64,000 nucleotides of DNA, taken from contig CAWGMQ010000003.1 of the NCBI GenBank assembly GCA_963823665.1, positions 1,792,001 through 1,856,000 on the forward strand, given 5' to 3'. The position numbers were made by a program, and so were the translations under genes. Position 1 is the stretch's first letter, and every line of letters starts with the position of its first letter. This document shows, one piece after another, positions 29,310 through 40,624 of the stretch. The DNA is from an uncultured Planctomycetota bacterium (lineage in GTDB: Bacteria; Planctomycetota; Planctomycetia; Isosphaerales; Isosphaeraceae). The notes below the pieces were generated by a model. That model did no database searches and was not told where the DNA came from. It saw only the letters and a program-made list of their open reading frames with translations.

Positions 29310-32300
29310 TGGATCGTGCCTCGGGCCTCGGCGGAGAGTAGATCGAGCTCTGCCTTCACTTGCCAGGGAACAGGCCGGCCGGCGAGCGCGGCGAGCGCCT
29401 TCAGGGCCTTCGCGAGCCGGGCTTCGGCCTCGGAGATTTGTCCGGTGCGGGCGTGCGCGATGACGAGCAGAAGATCGGTGAGCGGGTCGGAGTCGTCTCC
29501 GGCGGCCGTAGTCGCCAGCTTGGCCTGGGCCTCGGCGAGCCGCCCGGCGCGGAGCAGGATGGCGGCATGCGTCCGGCGAGCTCCGTGGCGAAGCTCGCGA
29601 AACTCGGCGGAGGTGTCAATCTCCTTGTCCAGCGCGGCGCTGGCATTCGAAGCGAGCTCGATCGGCCGGGCGTAGTCGTCGACGGCGTCCGGGGCCAGGC
29701 AGATCGTCCAGACCGCTTCGATCGCGATGTCCGCGCGCACCGGCCCGGTGGCGATCGGGGTCAGAAGCGCGGCGCAGGCCCGGCGATAGCCGGCGCGGTT
29801 GCCGATTATCAGGCAGTTGATGGCACGCTCGACGAGATAAGCGGGCTCAGCCCCGAGGCTCGTCGCGCGGTCGTGCTCGGCCGCCGCGTCGCCGGGCCTC
29901 CCCAGGCCTTCAAAGGCTTCGGCTCGGTGGGCGTGGACGCGCCAGTCATCCGGCCGGGCCGCGGCGACCTTGTCGAGGTACCACGCGGCGACGTCGAACC
30001 GGCTCACGGTGGATCGGCCGACGGAGCTGGCCAGATGTTCGACAGCCTCGGACCAGTACCAGGAGGTCAACTCATCGGGCGTGGCGAGCCGCGCGGCGCG
30101 GGCGTACTCCCGGTCGGCCAGGGCGAACTGGCCGGCATTGGCGAAGCTAGCGGCTCGTCGTGCGGTTGGCAGCCAGTCAGCGGGATGGAGGGCGGCGAGC
30201 TGGTCGAGGTGGTGGCGATAGGCGATCGTGTCGCCGAGCCGCCTGGAGTCCTCGGCGCGGTCCCGATGCCAGCGCGCGAGGGCCTCCCGGCCATCGGGAT
30301 TCGGGACTGCCTCCGGCCAGAGCCGTTCGAGTCGATCGCGGCCGTTGCGCCATGCCTCGATCGTCAGGTCGACGACCTCGTCTCCGCCGGCCGATCGCAG
30401 GCCCGAGACCGTTTCGATCTAGAGTCGGAGCCGCTCCGGATCATCGACGGCGACCGGGCGAGGCACCGGCCAGGACGTGGCCCGTCCGTCGATTGTCACT
30501 GCGTTCAGACTGGTGCCGTCAGGGCTGAAGAAGAGGCCGATAGCCGGCAGCCCGAGGACCAGGGCCGGGCCGATCGCGCGACTGCATCGGGCGTCCCAGA
30601 GCCGGACCGTGCCGTCAGGGCAGGCGGAGGCCAGCGTGGCGCCATCCGGGCTGTAGGCCAGCCAGCCGATCGTGTCGCGATGATCCATCGGCGGGCCGAT
30701 CGGCCGGCCGGTCCGGACGTCATACTGGCGCGCCTGGCTCGAGGAGGGGCTCTCAACGATTTCGGCGCAGTCGGGCCGGAACGCGATGGCCAGCGAGAGC
30801 GGCGAAGCCTCGGGACGATCGCCGGAGGGGTCCTCCGCGTCCTGCCCTGGCAACGCCACCGCCCTGGCGACCGTCCCGCCGTCTATGGGGTTGATCCGGG
30901 TGACGCGACGGCTCGCCGTATCGACGACGACCAGCTCATCGCCCGCGGGTGTAAACTGGAACGCGGGCAGCCTTCCAGTGCTCACGAGGGGCCCGGCCGT
31001 TTGGAACGTGGCGAGGTCCCAGAGCTGGACGCCTGGGGGTGAGGGCCAGCCCGAGCGGGCACCGGCGGCCAGCCGACGGCCGTCGGGGCTGAACTCCAGC
31101 CTGGCGATCGGGCCCCGTTGGGTGATGAACATGGGCCGCCGCCGTGCGGCGATGTCGAGCAGCGAGATGCCGTGCATGGCTCCCACGGCGAGGGTCTGGC
31201 CGTCGGGGCTGAAGGCGAGGCTGTGAATGAACCGGGAAACCGGAGTCCACGGCAGGACCGGCCGCCCGGACTGGCGGTCCCAGGCGGCGACGAGCATCGA
31301 TTGGTAGCTGCCATCCTTGACTGTTTGTGTTCGACAGGCGGCGACCAGCCGGCCATCGGGGCTGTAGCACGGGTGGCAATTCAGCGGGTAGAACGGGTCG
31401 CCGAGCGGGCGTCCGTTGGATGTCGCGAATCGATGGCCGCCGCGTCGATCTTTTTGCCAGCCGCTCACCTGAATGAGATCCCTGAGCACGTCCCGCCCCA
31501 TGAAGGAGCCGTCCGCCCGCGCCTCGCCGACCATGTACTCATCGCCTGTGGGTGCCACGGCCATTGCGGGGTAGAACGGCCCCAGCGCCTCGGTGACGCT
31601 CGGATGGGCGGGCCGGGCGCGCCGGGTACCTGCCAGACGGCGAGCGCGTCTCCGCGGCGGGCGAGCAAGAACGAGCCTTGCGGGGAGATGCTGGCGCGGC
31701 TGCTCCTCAAGACCGGCGTCGGGCCGCATTCCTGGCCGCTGGCCAGGTCGTAGTAGCGGACCCGGTTGTCATCGCAACGGACGGCCATGCTCCGGCCGTC
31801 TCCGGCGAGTGTCGCCGCGGTCCTCGCGCGGCGCGGGCGCCAGTCGGGCCGCGCCGGCCGGCCCGTCGTCACGTCCCACCACCGCACGAGGCCATACTCG
31901 AGGACAAAGACCAGGCAAGTTCCATCGAACGCGCAGTCGGAATACCTGTCTTCAATGTTCCCGGAACGCGCGATGATCGGGCCGGCCTCCGGCTCGATGC
32001 GCTCGACGGGCGTTCCCGCATCCAGGTCCCAGAAAAGAAGGCGTTCCGAGAAGTTAAGAAGTGCGGGTTTCTCCGGGTACGCCAGCACCGTCCGCCCCCC
32101 CCGAACGGCGATCATGCGGAATTCAGTCCGTTCGCCGCGATCGAGCACGTCTCCGGGCACGCGGACCGGGGTCGCGGTGTCGAGCCGCCAGACCCTCCGG
32201 ATTGACCAGTCCGATCCGGCGCCCTTGGGAACGGGAGGCGGCAGCCTCAGACTGATGTAGCGGCCGTTCGGGTCGAAGAGCACTTCGGAGCCGACTGTGT

Positions 32301-34407
32301 CGCACTCGAGGGGCGGGAGCTGAGTGCGGGCGCGGCCCGAATCGGCGTCCAGGACGCGAACGTCCCACGTCGTGCGGCTACGTCCGGGTATCTTCGCAGC
32401 GGTGACGACGAGCGCCCCATCGGGTGACGCGTCGAGGATCGGGGCGGGAAATTCCCGGCCGGCCGGGTCTCCGAGCGGGCGTCCGGTCGCCAGGTCGAAC
32501 CGCCTTAGCCGGTTGTCATCGATCAAGCTCGCCACCCTGCGATCTGGACCTGTGAAGACGATGCGAGTCCGGCGGTCGATCCCACCGATCAAGTGCCGCA
32601 GGACCGGCTGGGCGGCCATCCACGCGGTGATGTTGCACCGCAGGGCGATGCGGCGGGCCTGGTCAAGGGCGGTGACATCGGGTGCGCGCTCGAGTGCTTC
32701 GATCAGGCCGAAGACACCGCGGTCGATCTCGCCGGACTCGGCCGCCGCGAGGGCACCCACGGTCCGCGAGTCGGCGGCCACGCGGCTGGCTTCGATGGCC
32801 GCGGCGGAGGAGTCCCGGGCCCGCGCGTTGGCCAGGTCGGCGTAGTGCCTGGCCTGGAGCGAAAAGCCCAGCGAGGCCGCCATGCCGCCGATCAGAGAGA
32901 TGACGCCGAAGAGCAAGAGCCCGGCGATTGCCTTGCGGCGCATCGCCCACTTCCAGACGCGCTCCAGCTCGCCGACCTTGCGCGCGCGGATTGGCTCACC
33001 GTCGAGGAACCGCCGCAGATCCTCGGCCATGTCGGCGGCCGCCTGGTAGCGGCGCCTCGGGTCCTTCTCGATCGCCTTGAGCAGGAGGGTCTCCAGGTCG
33101 CGGGAGATCCGCGGGTCGAGGGCGCGGGGCCGGACCGGCTCCTGATTTTTGATCTGGTCGATGAGCCGCAGGCGGTCGGCCGAGTCGAATGCCGGGCGGA
33201 GCGTCGCGAGCTCGTAGAGCGTAAGGCCCAGGGCGTAGACGTCGGCGCGGGCGTCGCCCTCGCCGCGAAGTCGCTCCGGCGCGATGTATCGCAAGGTACC
33301 GAGCAGGTCACCGGTGGCAGTCAGCCCGCTTTCGTCCGACTTGGCCAGGCCGAAGTCGGTGATCCAGACGACGCCCGAGGTGTCGAGCAGGAGGTTGGAG
33401 GGCTTGACGTCGCGGTGCAAGACGCCGCGGGCATGGGCGTAGGCCAGGGCCTCGGCCGCCTGCCGCCCGATCTGGGCGACGCTGCGGAAGAACGGCTGCC
33501 CGCTCCCCGACGACTCGATCGTCGAGATCTGCGCGCCGCCCGGCATCGCGGCGGAATCGACGGAGCGAGCGGCCAGGCCGGACCCGTCGCCGGCAGGCGA
33601 TTGTTCTGCGGTCGTCGCGACTGGCCGCTCCGGCACTTGCGGCCGGATCGGCTCCGCCGCGTCGATCGCGATCCGGCCGCTCAGGAGCGATTGGGCGATA
33701 GAGCTCGCCGGAACCGTCTGCGTTCTGCGGGGCCGGTCCGACGGCGCTCCCCGAAGCTCGCGCGCGCCGGGCATGGCCCTCGGGGCCGGCGCGCGTCCGA
33801 TTCCGCTCGAACGCCCCGGCTCGCCCACGGTCGGGTTGCCGTGCCCGCGCAGCCGCTTCAGTTCCTCGACGACCAGATCGAGCCCCTGGCCGCGAATGAA
33901 CTGCATCGTGTAGTAGAGGATGTCGCCTTCCTGGCCGACCTCGAAGACGGGCACGATATTGGTATGATGGAGCCGTGCGGCGGCGCGGGCCTCGTGGCGG
34001 AACCGCTCCAGGGCCTTGGCGTCGCGGCGCGGGCCGGCCGGGAGGACCTTGAGCGCGACCTGGCGGCCCAGTGAGATCTGCTCGGCTTCATAGACTACGC
34101 CCATGCCGCCGCGGCCGACCTCGCGGAGGATGCGGAAGTCGCCGACCTGGGAGAGGGCCGGCGCCCGATCAGGGGATTCGTCCCCGCTCTGGTCCTTGCG
34201 GATTTCCTCGGCCTTCTCGAGCCCGACCATCGCCGGGAAGAGGTCGCGGATCTCCTCGGCCAGCTCGGGATGGCGATCGGCGTACTCCTCGAGGGTGGGC
34301 CGCTCGCCCCGCCGATAGCGCGCGGCAAACTCGGCCGCCAGCCGATCGAGCCGGGCATATTTCCCGGGGTCTGAGTCGTCATCGACGGGTTGGTCGGGGG
34401 CAGGCAT
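29306..34407 (-). CDS. Ser/Thr kinase with WD40 repeats and C-terminal TPR-like region; several frameshifts
   Basis: GRGGMGVVY, HRDVKPSN, ITDFGLAK, YIAPE in 31465..34407; LAFSPDG and YSPDGATLASACPDGTVRLWD in 30419..31729; helical TPR-like tail 29306..30070; starts 1 nt after the ECF stop. Confidence 0.85.
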
Positions 34408-34408
34408 G

Positions 34409-35053
34409 CTAGATCGCCTCCAAACCGCCGGGCATGCTGGCGAGCACGTCTTTCATCCGCTTGAGCGCGCGGATGTACCGCTTCGACGCCGCGTCGGGCT
34501 TGAGATCCAGTGCGATGGCCGTCTCGGCCTGTGTGAGCTGCTCGAAGTGCCGCAGGGCCAGCACCTCACGATCGATCGGGTCGAGCGCGTTGAGTGCGTC
34601 CTGGATGCGCAGCAGCCGTTCGGCCCGGACCGCGGCCTGGGTCGGCGAGGAGAGGTGGCCGAGCAGCATCGAGGCCAGCGCGAACGAGCTGGCTGCCGGC
34701 AGCGAGCTTCGGTAGAGCGAGACCTCACGGCCGATGTCCCGCATCTTCGAGCCTAAGTGCTGGCGGTGCAGTCGTATGAGCCGTTCGCCGGCCACGAGGC
34801 GCATCCAGAGAAAGAACGGGACCTTGGGATCCGTGAGATAGTCGTCGAGTCGGGACGCGATGTCCAGCAGGGCGTCCTGGACGACATCCGAGGCGTCGAG
34901 CCGGCGGTAGAGCCGCGAGTCCATCCGGAGCTCGATCATGCGGCGAAGTCGCTCGCGGTAGCGAGCGAGCAACTCGGCCGCGGCCTGGCGGTCACCCTGC
35001 TGCAGCCGGTCGAGCAGGCGCTCGCCTTCGATATCGTCGGCCAGATCGCTCAA
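34409..35053 (-). CDS. ECF sigma factor, TIGR02984-type (planctomycete subfamily)
   Basis: LLARYRERLRRMIELRMDSRL...DASDVVQD, SSPTQAA, DREVLALRHFEQL, ASKRYIRALKR. Confidence 0.92.
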   Translation of the reverse strand: MSDLADDIEGERLLDRLQQGDRQAAAELLARYRERLRRMIELRMDSRLYRRLDASDVVQDALLDIASRLDDYLTDPKVPFFLWMRLVAGERLIRLHRQHLGSKMRDIGREVSLYRSSLPAASSFALASMLLGHLSSPTQAAVRAERLLRIQDALNALDPIDREVLALRHFEQLTQAETAIALDLKPDAASKRYIRALKRMKDVLASMPGGLEAI

Positions 35054-35074
35054 GTGGAATTCCCCCTATAAGGA

Positions 35075-35103
35075 ACCTGCGCGGCCGACGCGATCACGGA
35101 CAG
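35075..35103 (-). promoter_or_regulatory. Putative ECF promoter motif B, facing the ECF-kinase operon
   Basis: Minus strand reads CTGTCCGT-13 nt-GCGCAGGT; mirrored at 35290-35317 on the plus strand. Confidence 0.55.
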
Positions 35104-35289
35104 CTCAGGCGCAGTTTTTTTCCAGATTGCGCGTGTGCTTCCCTGTCGATCGCATGAGCTCGAGGCCAGCCTCGGCGCCGCGCACTAATCATGATAGATC
35201 GCTGCTCTGCGATTCGCCCGAGAATTCGACTGACGACCGGTATCTCCGGGCTCGCGTCGCAAAAGACATTTCCGGATTCCCGAGAATTC

Positions 35290-35317
35290 CTGTCCGTAAA
35301 TCCGGATGTGCGCAGGT
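35290..35317 (+). promoter_or_regulatory. Putative ECF promoter motif B, facing the beta-helix gene
   Basis: CTGTCCGT-12 nt-GCGCAGGT. Confidence 0.55.
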
Positions 35318-35507
35318 CTCTGTGTATGGCCCGGGCGCGAACCCGGCCGGTCGTGAGGACACCGTCCATCGGGGCGAGCTGTCGGTTGTCGATCCCAAGC
35401 GGAATCAGCTTCATGCGCCGGGCGGTGCGCCCGGCCCCTGGAGAATCCGCGCGTTTTACCGGTCAGTCCGGTGGGTTACTTCCATTCGTTTGAAAGCGAG
35501 GCAGGCC

Positions 35508-38500
35508 ATGAATCGCAACGGGATGTGGGATCGGCGGAGCAGTCGGGCGGGATCGAACTCGAAGGTCGGCTCGAAGAGGAACCGTCGCCGGCTGGCGCCT
35601 GGCGTGCTGGCACTGGAGGATCGGCGGCTGCTGGCGACGTTCACGGTGACCAGCACGGCCGATACCGCACCAGTGAACAAGCCCGCCCCGGGCACGCTGC
35701 GGTGGGCCGTCGAGCAGGCGAACCTGGCGACGACGAGCCCGAGCACGATTGACTTCAGCCTGGGGAGCGGGGCAGAGACGATCCAGCTCAAAAAAGGCGA
35801 GCTGGATCTGACCAACACGAAAGATCCGACCACAATCGACGGATCCGGGGCAAACCTCCTCGCTATCAGCGGCGGAGGACGCGACAGGATTTTCTTCGTC
35901 GAGGGCGGTGTCACGGCTACGCTCTCGGGCCTGACGATCACGCATGGCTACAGCGCCTATGGCGGCGGCGTCTGGAATGACGGCACCGCAAGCTTCACCG
36001 GATGCACCATCAGTGGAAACTCGGCCACCTATGGCGGCGGCCTGAGCAATACCGGTACGGCGATCTTGACCGGATGCACGATCAGCGGAAACTCGGCCTA
36101 CTACAACGGCGGAGGCGTGTACGACAACGGAGGCGGTACGGCGACCTTGACCGGATGCAACATCAGCGGAAACTCGGCCGAATCTGGCGGGGGCGTGGAG
36201 AATGATTCCGCAGTGATCTTGACCGGATGCACCATCAGCGGAAACTCGGCCGAGGCTGGCGGCGGCCTCTCTAACTATGAAGGAGGCACGGCGACCTTGA
36301 CCGGATGCACCATCAGCGGAAACTCGGCAGAATTTGGAAGCGGCGGCGTGGCGAATTATTCCGCGGCAACGTTGACAAAATGCACCATCAGCGGAAACCA
36401 GGGGTCAGCGGCCGGCGGCGTGTACAACAGCAAACAATGCACTGCGACCTTGACCGAATGCACCATCAGCGGAAACTCAGCAGAGTACGCCGGCGGCCTG
36501 GGGAATTACGGCGACGTGACGGTGAGCGGCTGCACCATCAGCGGAAACTCGGCGAGCGGCGGCAACACCAGCGATAGTGGCGGCGTGGCGAACTCTGGCA
36601 CGGCAACGCTGACCGATACCATCGTCGCCGGCAATTACGATGGCGATCTGGGCGGTAACAAGGCCGCGTCGGGCTCGTTTAACCTGATCGGCACGGGCGG
36701 CTCGGACGGCCTCACGAACGGCGTCAACGGCAACATCGTCTTGACCAGCCTGACGAACCTGGACCTGGCCCCGCTGGGTTTCTACGGCGGGCCGACCGAG
36801 ACCATGGCGCTCGAGCCGAGTAGCGCGGCCATCGGCAAAGGCACCGCCATGAGCGGCGTGACCACCGACGGGCGCGGCTTTTCGCTGGACAAGCCCGTAG
36901 ACATCGGTGCGTTCCAGACCGGGCCGCTGGTGGTGAACACCACGAGCGATAGCGCCGCGTCTCCCCTGGGCGAACTGAGCCTGCGCCAAGCCGTGAACCT
37001 GGCCAACGTGTACTCTGGGGCCCCGACGATCACGTTCAACCCGACGCTCTTCGCCACCGCCCAGACGATCACGCTGGGCGGGACATCGCTTGAGCTCAGC
37101 AACCCCACCGGCGCGACGGAAACGATCACGGGTCCGACGGCTGGCGTGACGATCAGCGGCGGCGGGCTCTCCAAGGTCTTCCAGGTCGACACGGAAGTCA
37201 CGGCCTCCTTCTCCGGGCTGACGATCACCGGCGGCTTCGCTGCTAACGGCGCCGGCGTGGCAGACCTGGGCACGGCGGTTCTGACCAACTGCAAGCTCTC
37301 CGGCAATTCGGCCTCTTCCGGTGCCGGCCTCGAGGTCCTCGGCGGTGACTTAACGCTGAGCGACTGTTCGATCACTGGCTCGACAACCGCAATCCAGGTT
37401 ACCAACGAATCCACGGCCACGATCAGCGGCACGGTAATCGGCGGCGGAGGCACGGGCATCCAGGTAGGGTCCAGCACAACCGACGATTCCACCGTGGTGG
37501 CGAACCAAGACGACCTCTCGGGCGAGAAGGTGGGCGTCCAGAACCTTGAAGCTAAGGCGGCTAGCGTGAATGCCACGTTCGACTGGTGGGGCAGCAGCGG
37601 AGGGCCCGGCAGCAAGGGGGCGTCAACCGCCGTCGGACTGGTCGCTGACAGCCCCTGGCTGGGTGATGCCAAGAGCGTAACGCTGGCCACTCCCGATTCC
37701 CTCGGCTTCGCCAGCAGGTCCGGCGATTCGTACGTGGTGACTCCCAACACCATCGGCCCCAAGCTGAGTGTTTCGCTGGGCGGCAGTCCCGTCGGAACCG
37801 TGACGCCTGGTGGCACGATCTTCTTCACCGGTAGCGCCGGGAGCGTAACCATCAACGGCGAGTCCGGCGCCGGCTTCAGCACGGATGCCTTCACGATCAC
37901 CAATGCCGCCGTTACCTTCGCCGCGGCCGATGCCTTTGGCGGCGCCTCGATTAGCTTCAGCGGCGCCGTCGGCCGGACCATCGCCGCACAAGGGACCGCG
38001 AATACCTTCAATGTGAGCGGCTGGACGGGAACGGGTACATTGACTGCCCCGGCGGGCACGGGAACCGTGATCGCCACCAAGAACTCCGGCTACGCCCTGT
38101 CCAATACTTCGCTGGTGGCTGGCACGATGTCCCTGACCTTGAGTGGAATCACCTCAGCCAACCTGACGGACAGCGGCAGCGGCAATAACTTCACCGTGAC
38201 TGGCTGGACGGGGACCGGCACACTGACCGGCTCGTCGGACATGATCACAGCCACGGAGAGCACCAATACCACTCTGACCAACACGCGTCTGACGGCCGGC
38301 AATATGTCCTTGAACCTAAGCGGAATCACCAAGGTCAAGCTGACTGCCAGCGCCGCCAGCGTGAACACACCGGTGATCGTCGACGCCAGTGCATTCACGG
38401 GAACCACCAGCCTGACCGCGGGCGGCACCGGCAACACCATCCTCCTGGGGGGCTCGGGAAGCGGAGGCACATTGACCAACCAGGGATCGGGCAACGACAT

Positions 38501-38891
38501 CTTGATCGGCGGGCCAGGCGCAGACACCCTGACGGATTCGGGCACGGGCCACAACATTCTAATCGGTGGCGGCGGAGCCGATACGATCACCGGCAACGGC
38601 AAAGACATCCTGATCAGCGGCACCACCAGCTATGACAGCAACACGAGCGCGCACATCACTGCGCTCGACGCGATCCTGGCCGAGTGGTCCTCAAGCGATT
38701 CCTACACCGTGAGGATCAACAAGATCAAGCAGGGGATCACGGTGAATTCTCAGACTTACGCGCTCTCTTCCAGCACGGTGCAGCCCGATAGCGTGGCCAG
38801 CACCGTCAGCGACGGCACCCAGTCGAGCCAGAACAACTGGTTCATCGTGAGCGGCCTCGACAAGGTGACCAAGAAGTCGACCGAGACGTAG
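35508..38891 (+). CDS. Large exported beta-helix protein with LEDRRLL motif, choice-of-anchor-Q-like segment and RTX-like Ca-binding repeats
   Basis: RRRLAPGVLALEDRRLL; LTGCTISGNSA repeats; LAPLGFYGGPTETMAL...SAAIGKG...DIGAFQ; GNDILIGGPGADTL repeats. Confidence 0.87.
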   Translation: MNRNGMWDRRSSRAGSNSKVGSKRNRRRLAPGVLALEDRRLLATFTVTSTADTAPVNKPAPGTLRWAVEQANLATTSPSTIDFSLGSGAETIQLKKGELDLTNTKDPTTIDGSGANLLAISGGGRDRIFFVEGGVTATLSGLTITHGYSAYGGGVWNDGTASFTGCTISGNSATYGGGLSNTGTAILTGCTISGNSAYYNGGGVYDNGGGTATLTGCNISGNSAESGGGVENDSAVILTGCTISGNSAEAGGGLSNYEGGTATLTGCTISGNSAEFGSGGVANYSAATLTKCTISGNQGSAAGGVYNSKQCTATLTECTISGNSAEYAGGLGNYGDVTVSGCTISGNSASGGNTSDSGGVANSGTATLTDTIVAGNYDGDLGGNKAASGSFNLIGTGGSDGLTNGVNGNIVLTSLTNLDLAPLGFYGGPTETMALEPSSAAIGKGTAMSGVTTDGRGFSLDKPVDIGAFQTGPLVVNTTSDSAASPLGELSLRQAVNLANVYSGAPTITFNPTLFATAQTITLGGTSLELSNPTGATETITGPTAGVTISGGGLSKVFQVDTEVTASFSGLTITGGFAANGAGVADLGTAVLTNCKLSGNSASSGAGLEVLGGDLTLSDCSITGSTTAIQVTNESTATISGTVIGGGGTGIQVGSSTTDDSTVVANQDDLSGEKVGVQNLEAKAASVNATFDWWGSSGGPGSKGASTAVGLVADSPWLGDAKSVTLATPDSLGFASRSGDSYVVTPNTIGPKLSVSLGGSPVGTVTPGGTIFFTGSAGSVTINGESGAGFSTDAFTITNAAVTFAAADAFGGASISFSGAVGRTIAAQGTANTFNVSGWTGTGTLTAPAGTGTVIATKNSGYALSNTSLVAGTMSLTLSGITSANLTDSGSGNNFTVTGWTGTGTLTGSSDMITATESTNTTLTNTRLTAGNMSLNLSGITKVKLTASAASVNTPVIVDASAFTGTTSLTAGGTGNTILLGGSGSGGTLTNQGSGNDILIGGPGADTLTDSGTGHNILIGGGGADTITGNGKDILISGTTSYDSNTSAHITALDAILAEWSSSDSYTVRINKIKQGITVNSQTYALSSSTVQPDSVASTVSDGTQSSQNNWFIVSGLDKVTKKSTET
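35990..36600 (+). repeat. Intragenic tandem repeats encoding beta-helix turns
   Basis: Recurrent (TTG)ACCGGATGCACCATCAGCGGAAACTCGGC cores separated by variable segments; boundaries approximate. Confidence 0.75.
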
Positions 38892-39090
38892 ACAATCATT
38901 TGAACCGTCGCTGCTTTCCTGGCACGAAGATCATCGCCTGAGTCGCCGCGCCGCCGTTTGCGCCTGCGGCGGGCCGCCGGACTTCGTTTTCCTTCAGCTT
39001 GCCTCCGATCCGGTCGATTTGCTATGAATAGTGCAGGTATTCAGAAAATGGTTCTTCCACGGAGCCTTGCCTGAAGTCAACAAGCCTACA

Positions 39091-39180
39091 CCATCTCGTC
39101 GAGGGGCGCTGCGACGGCACGCATGGGCGTTCCTGCCAGGCTCGCCGGGGTGGATTATTACTGTGCAACGGCGCCCGTTC
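39091..39180 (+). ncRNA. SAH (S-adenosylhomocysteine) riboswitch
   Basis: CGAGGGGCGCTGCGAC...CAGGCTCG...AACGGCGCCC consensus; pairings CGAG/CTCG, GGCA/TGCC and pseudoknot GGGCGC (39104-39109) with GCGCCC (39171-39176); directly upstream of ahcY. Confidence 0.9.
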
Positions 39181-39196
39181 ATCGTTTTAGGAGACT

Positions 39197-40624
39197 TTGA
39201 ACGTGACCGCCGTTTCGCAAAAGCCTGCTACTTCCAGCGACTACCACGTCGCCGACATCTCGCTTGCCCCCTGGGGCCGCCGCGAGATTGCCATTGCCGA
39301 AACCGAGATGCCCGGCCTCATGGCCATCCGCGAGGAGTATGCCTCGCGCCAGCCCCTCAAGGGCGCTCGCATCACCGGCTCGCTCCACATGACCATCCAG
39401 ACAGCCGTCCTGATCGAGACGCTCAAGGCCCTCGGTGCCGAGGTCCGCTGGGCCTCGTGCAACATCTTCTCAACCCAGGATCATGCCGCTGCCGCAATCG
39501 CCGCCGCCGGTATTCCCGTTTTTGCCTACAAGGGTGAGTCCCTCGAGGAGTACTGGGAATACACTCACAAGATCTTCGAGTGGGCCGACGGCGGCCACTC
39601 GAACATGATCCTCGACGATGGCGGAGATGCGACCTTGCTCCTTCACCTCGGCGCCCGTGCCGAGGCGGACATCCACGTCCTCGACAAGCCCACCAGCGAG
39701 GAGGAGCGCGTCCTCTATGCCGCCATCAAGAAACGTATCGCCTCGCAACCCGGCTGGTACGCCAAGAAACTCGCCGCCGTCAAGGGTGTCACCGAGGAGA
39801 CCACCACCGGCGTCCACCGTCTCTATCAGATGCATAAGCGCGGCGACCTGAAATTCCCCGCCATCAACGTCAACGACTCCGTCACCAAGTCCAAGTTCGA
39901 CAACCTGTACGGCTGCCGCGAGTCACTGGTGGACGGCATCAAGCGCGCCACCGACGTGATGGTCGCCGGCAAGATCGCCGTCGTCTGCGGCTACGGCGAT
40001 GTGGGTAAGGGTTCGGCCCAGGCCCTGCGCGCCCTCTCTGCCCAGGTGTGGATCACCGAGATCGACCCGATCTGCGCGTTGCAGGCCGCCATGGAAGGCT
40101 ACCGCGTCGTCACGATGGACTACGCCTGCGACAAGGCCGACATCTTCGTGACGGCCACGGGTAACTACAAGGTCATCACGCATGCCCACATGGCCAAGAT
40201 GAAGAATCAGGCCATCGTCTGCAACATCGGTCACTTCGATAACGAGATCGACGTGGCGTCGCTTGAAGACTACCCCTGGGAGGAGATCAAGCCGCAGGTC
40301 GATCACGTCATCTTCCCCGACCGAAAGCGGATCATCCTGCTCGCCAAGGGGCGCCTGGTTAACCTGGGCTGCGGCACCGGCCACCCCTCGTACGTGATGA
40401 GTTCTTCCTTCGCCAACCAGGTTCTGGCCCAGATCGAGTTGTGGCAGCACAACGCCAAGTACCCTGTCGGCGTCTACGTCCTGCCCAAGAAGCTGGACGA
40501 GCACGTGGCCCGCTTGCAGCTCAAAAAACTGAACGTCGAGTTAACCGAACTGACGCCCGAACAGGCCGCCTACATCCACGTCCCCAAGGAAGGCCCCTTC
40601 AAGTCCGACCATTACCGCTATTGA
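39197..40624 (+). CDS. ahcY: Adenosylhomocysteinase
   Basis: [51 protein letters not shown], ending HYRY. Start is TTG 39197 or GTG 39203. Confidence 0.98.
   Translation: MNVTAVSQKPATSSDYHVADISLAPWGRREIAIAETEMPGLMAIREEYASRQPLKGARITGSLHMTIQTAVLIETLKALGAEVRWASCNIFSTQDHAAAAIAAAGIPVFAYKGESLEEYWEYTHKIFEWADGGHSNMILDDGGDATLLLHLGARAEADIHVLDKPTSEEERVLYAAIKKRIASQPGWYAKKLAAVKGVTEETTTGVHRLYQMHKRGDLKFPAINVNDSVTKSKFDNLYGCRESLVDGIKRATDVMVAGKIAVVCGYGDVGKGSAQALRALSAQVWITEIDPICALQAAMEGYRVVTMDYACDKADIFVTATGNYKVITHAHMAKMKNQAIVCNIGHFDNEIDVASLEDYPWEEIKPQVDHVIFPDRKRIILLAKGRLVNLGCGTGHPSYVMSSSFANQVLAQIELWQHNAKYPVGVYVLPKKLDEHVARLQLKKLNVELTELTPEQAAYIHVPKEGPFKSDHYRY

Noticed and set aside
35990..36600. Repeat-spacer-like pattern suggestive of a CRISPR array
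   Set aside because: The repeats are in-frame codons for LTGCTISGNSA turns inside a CDS, vary at synonymous positions, and no cas genes are present.
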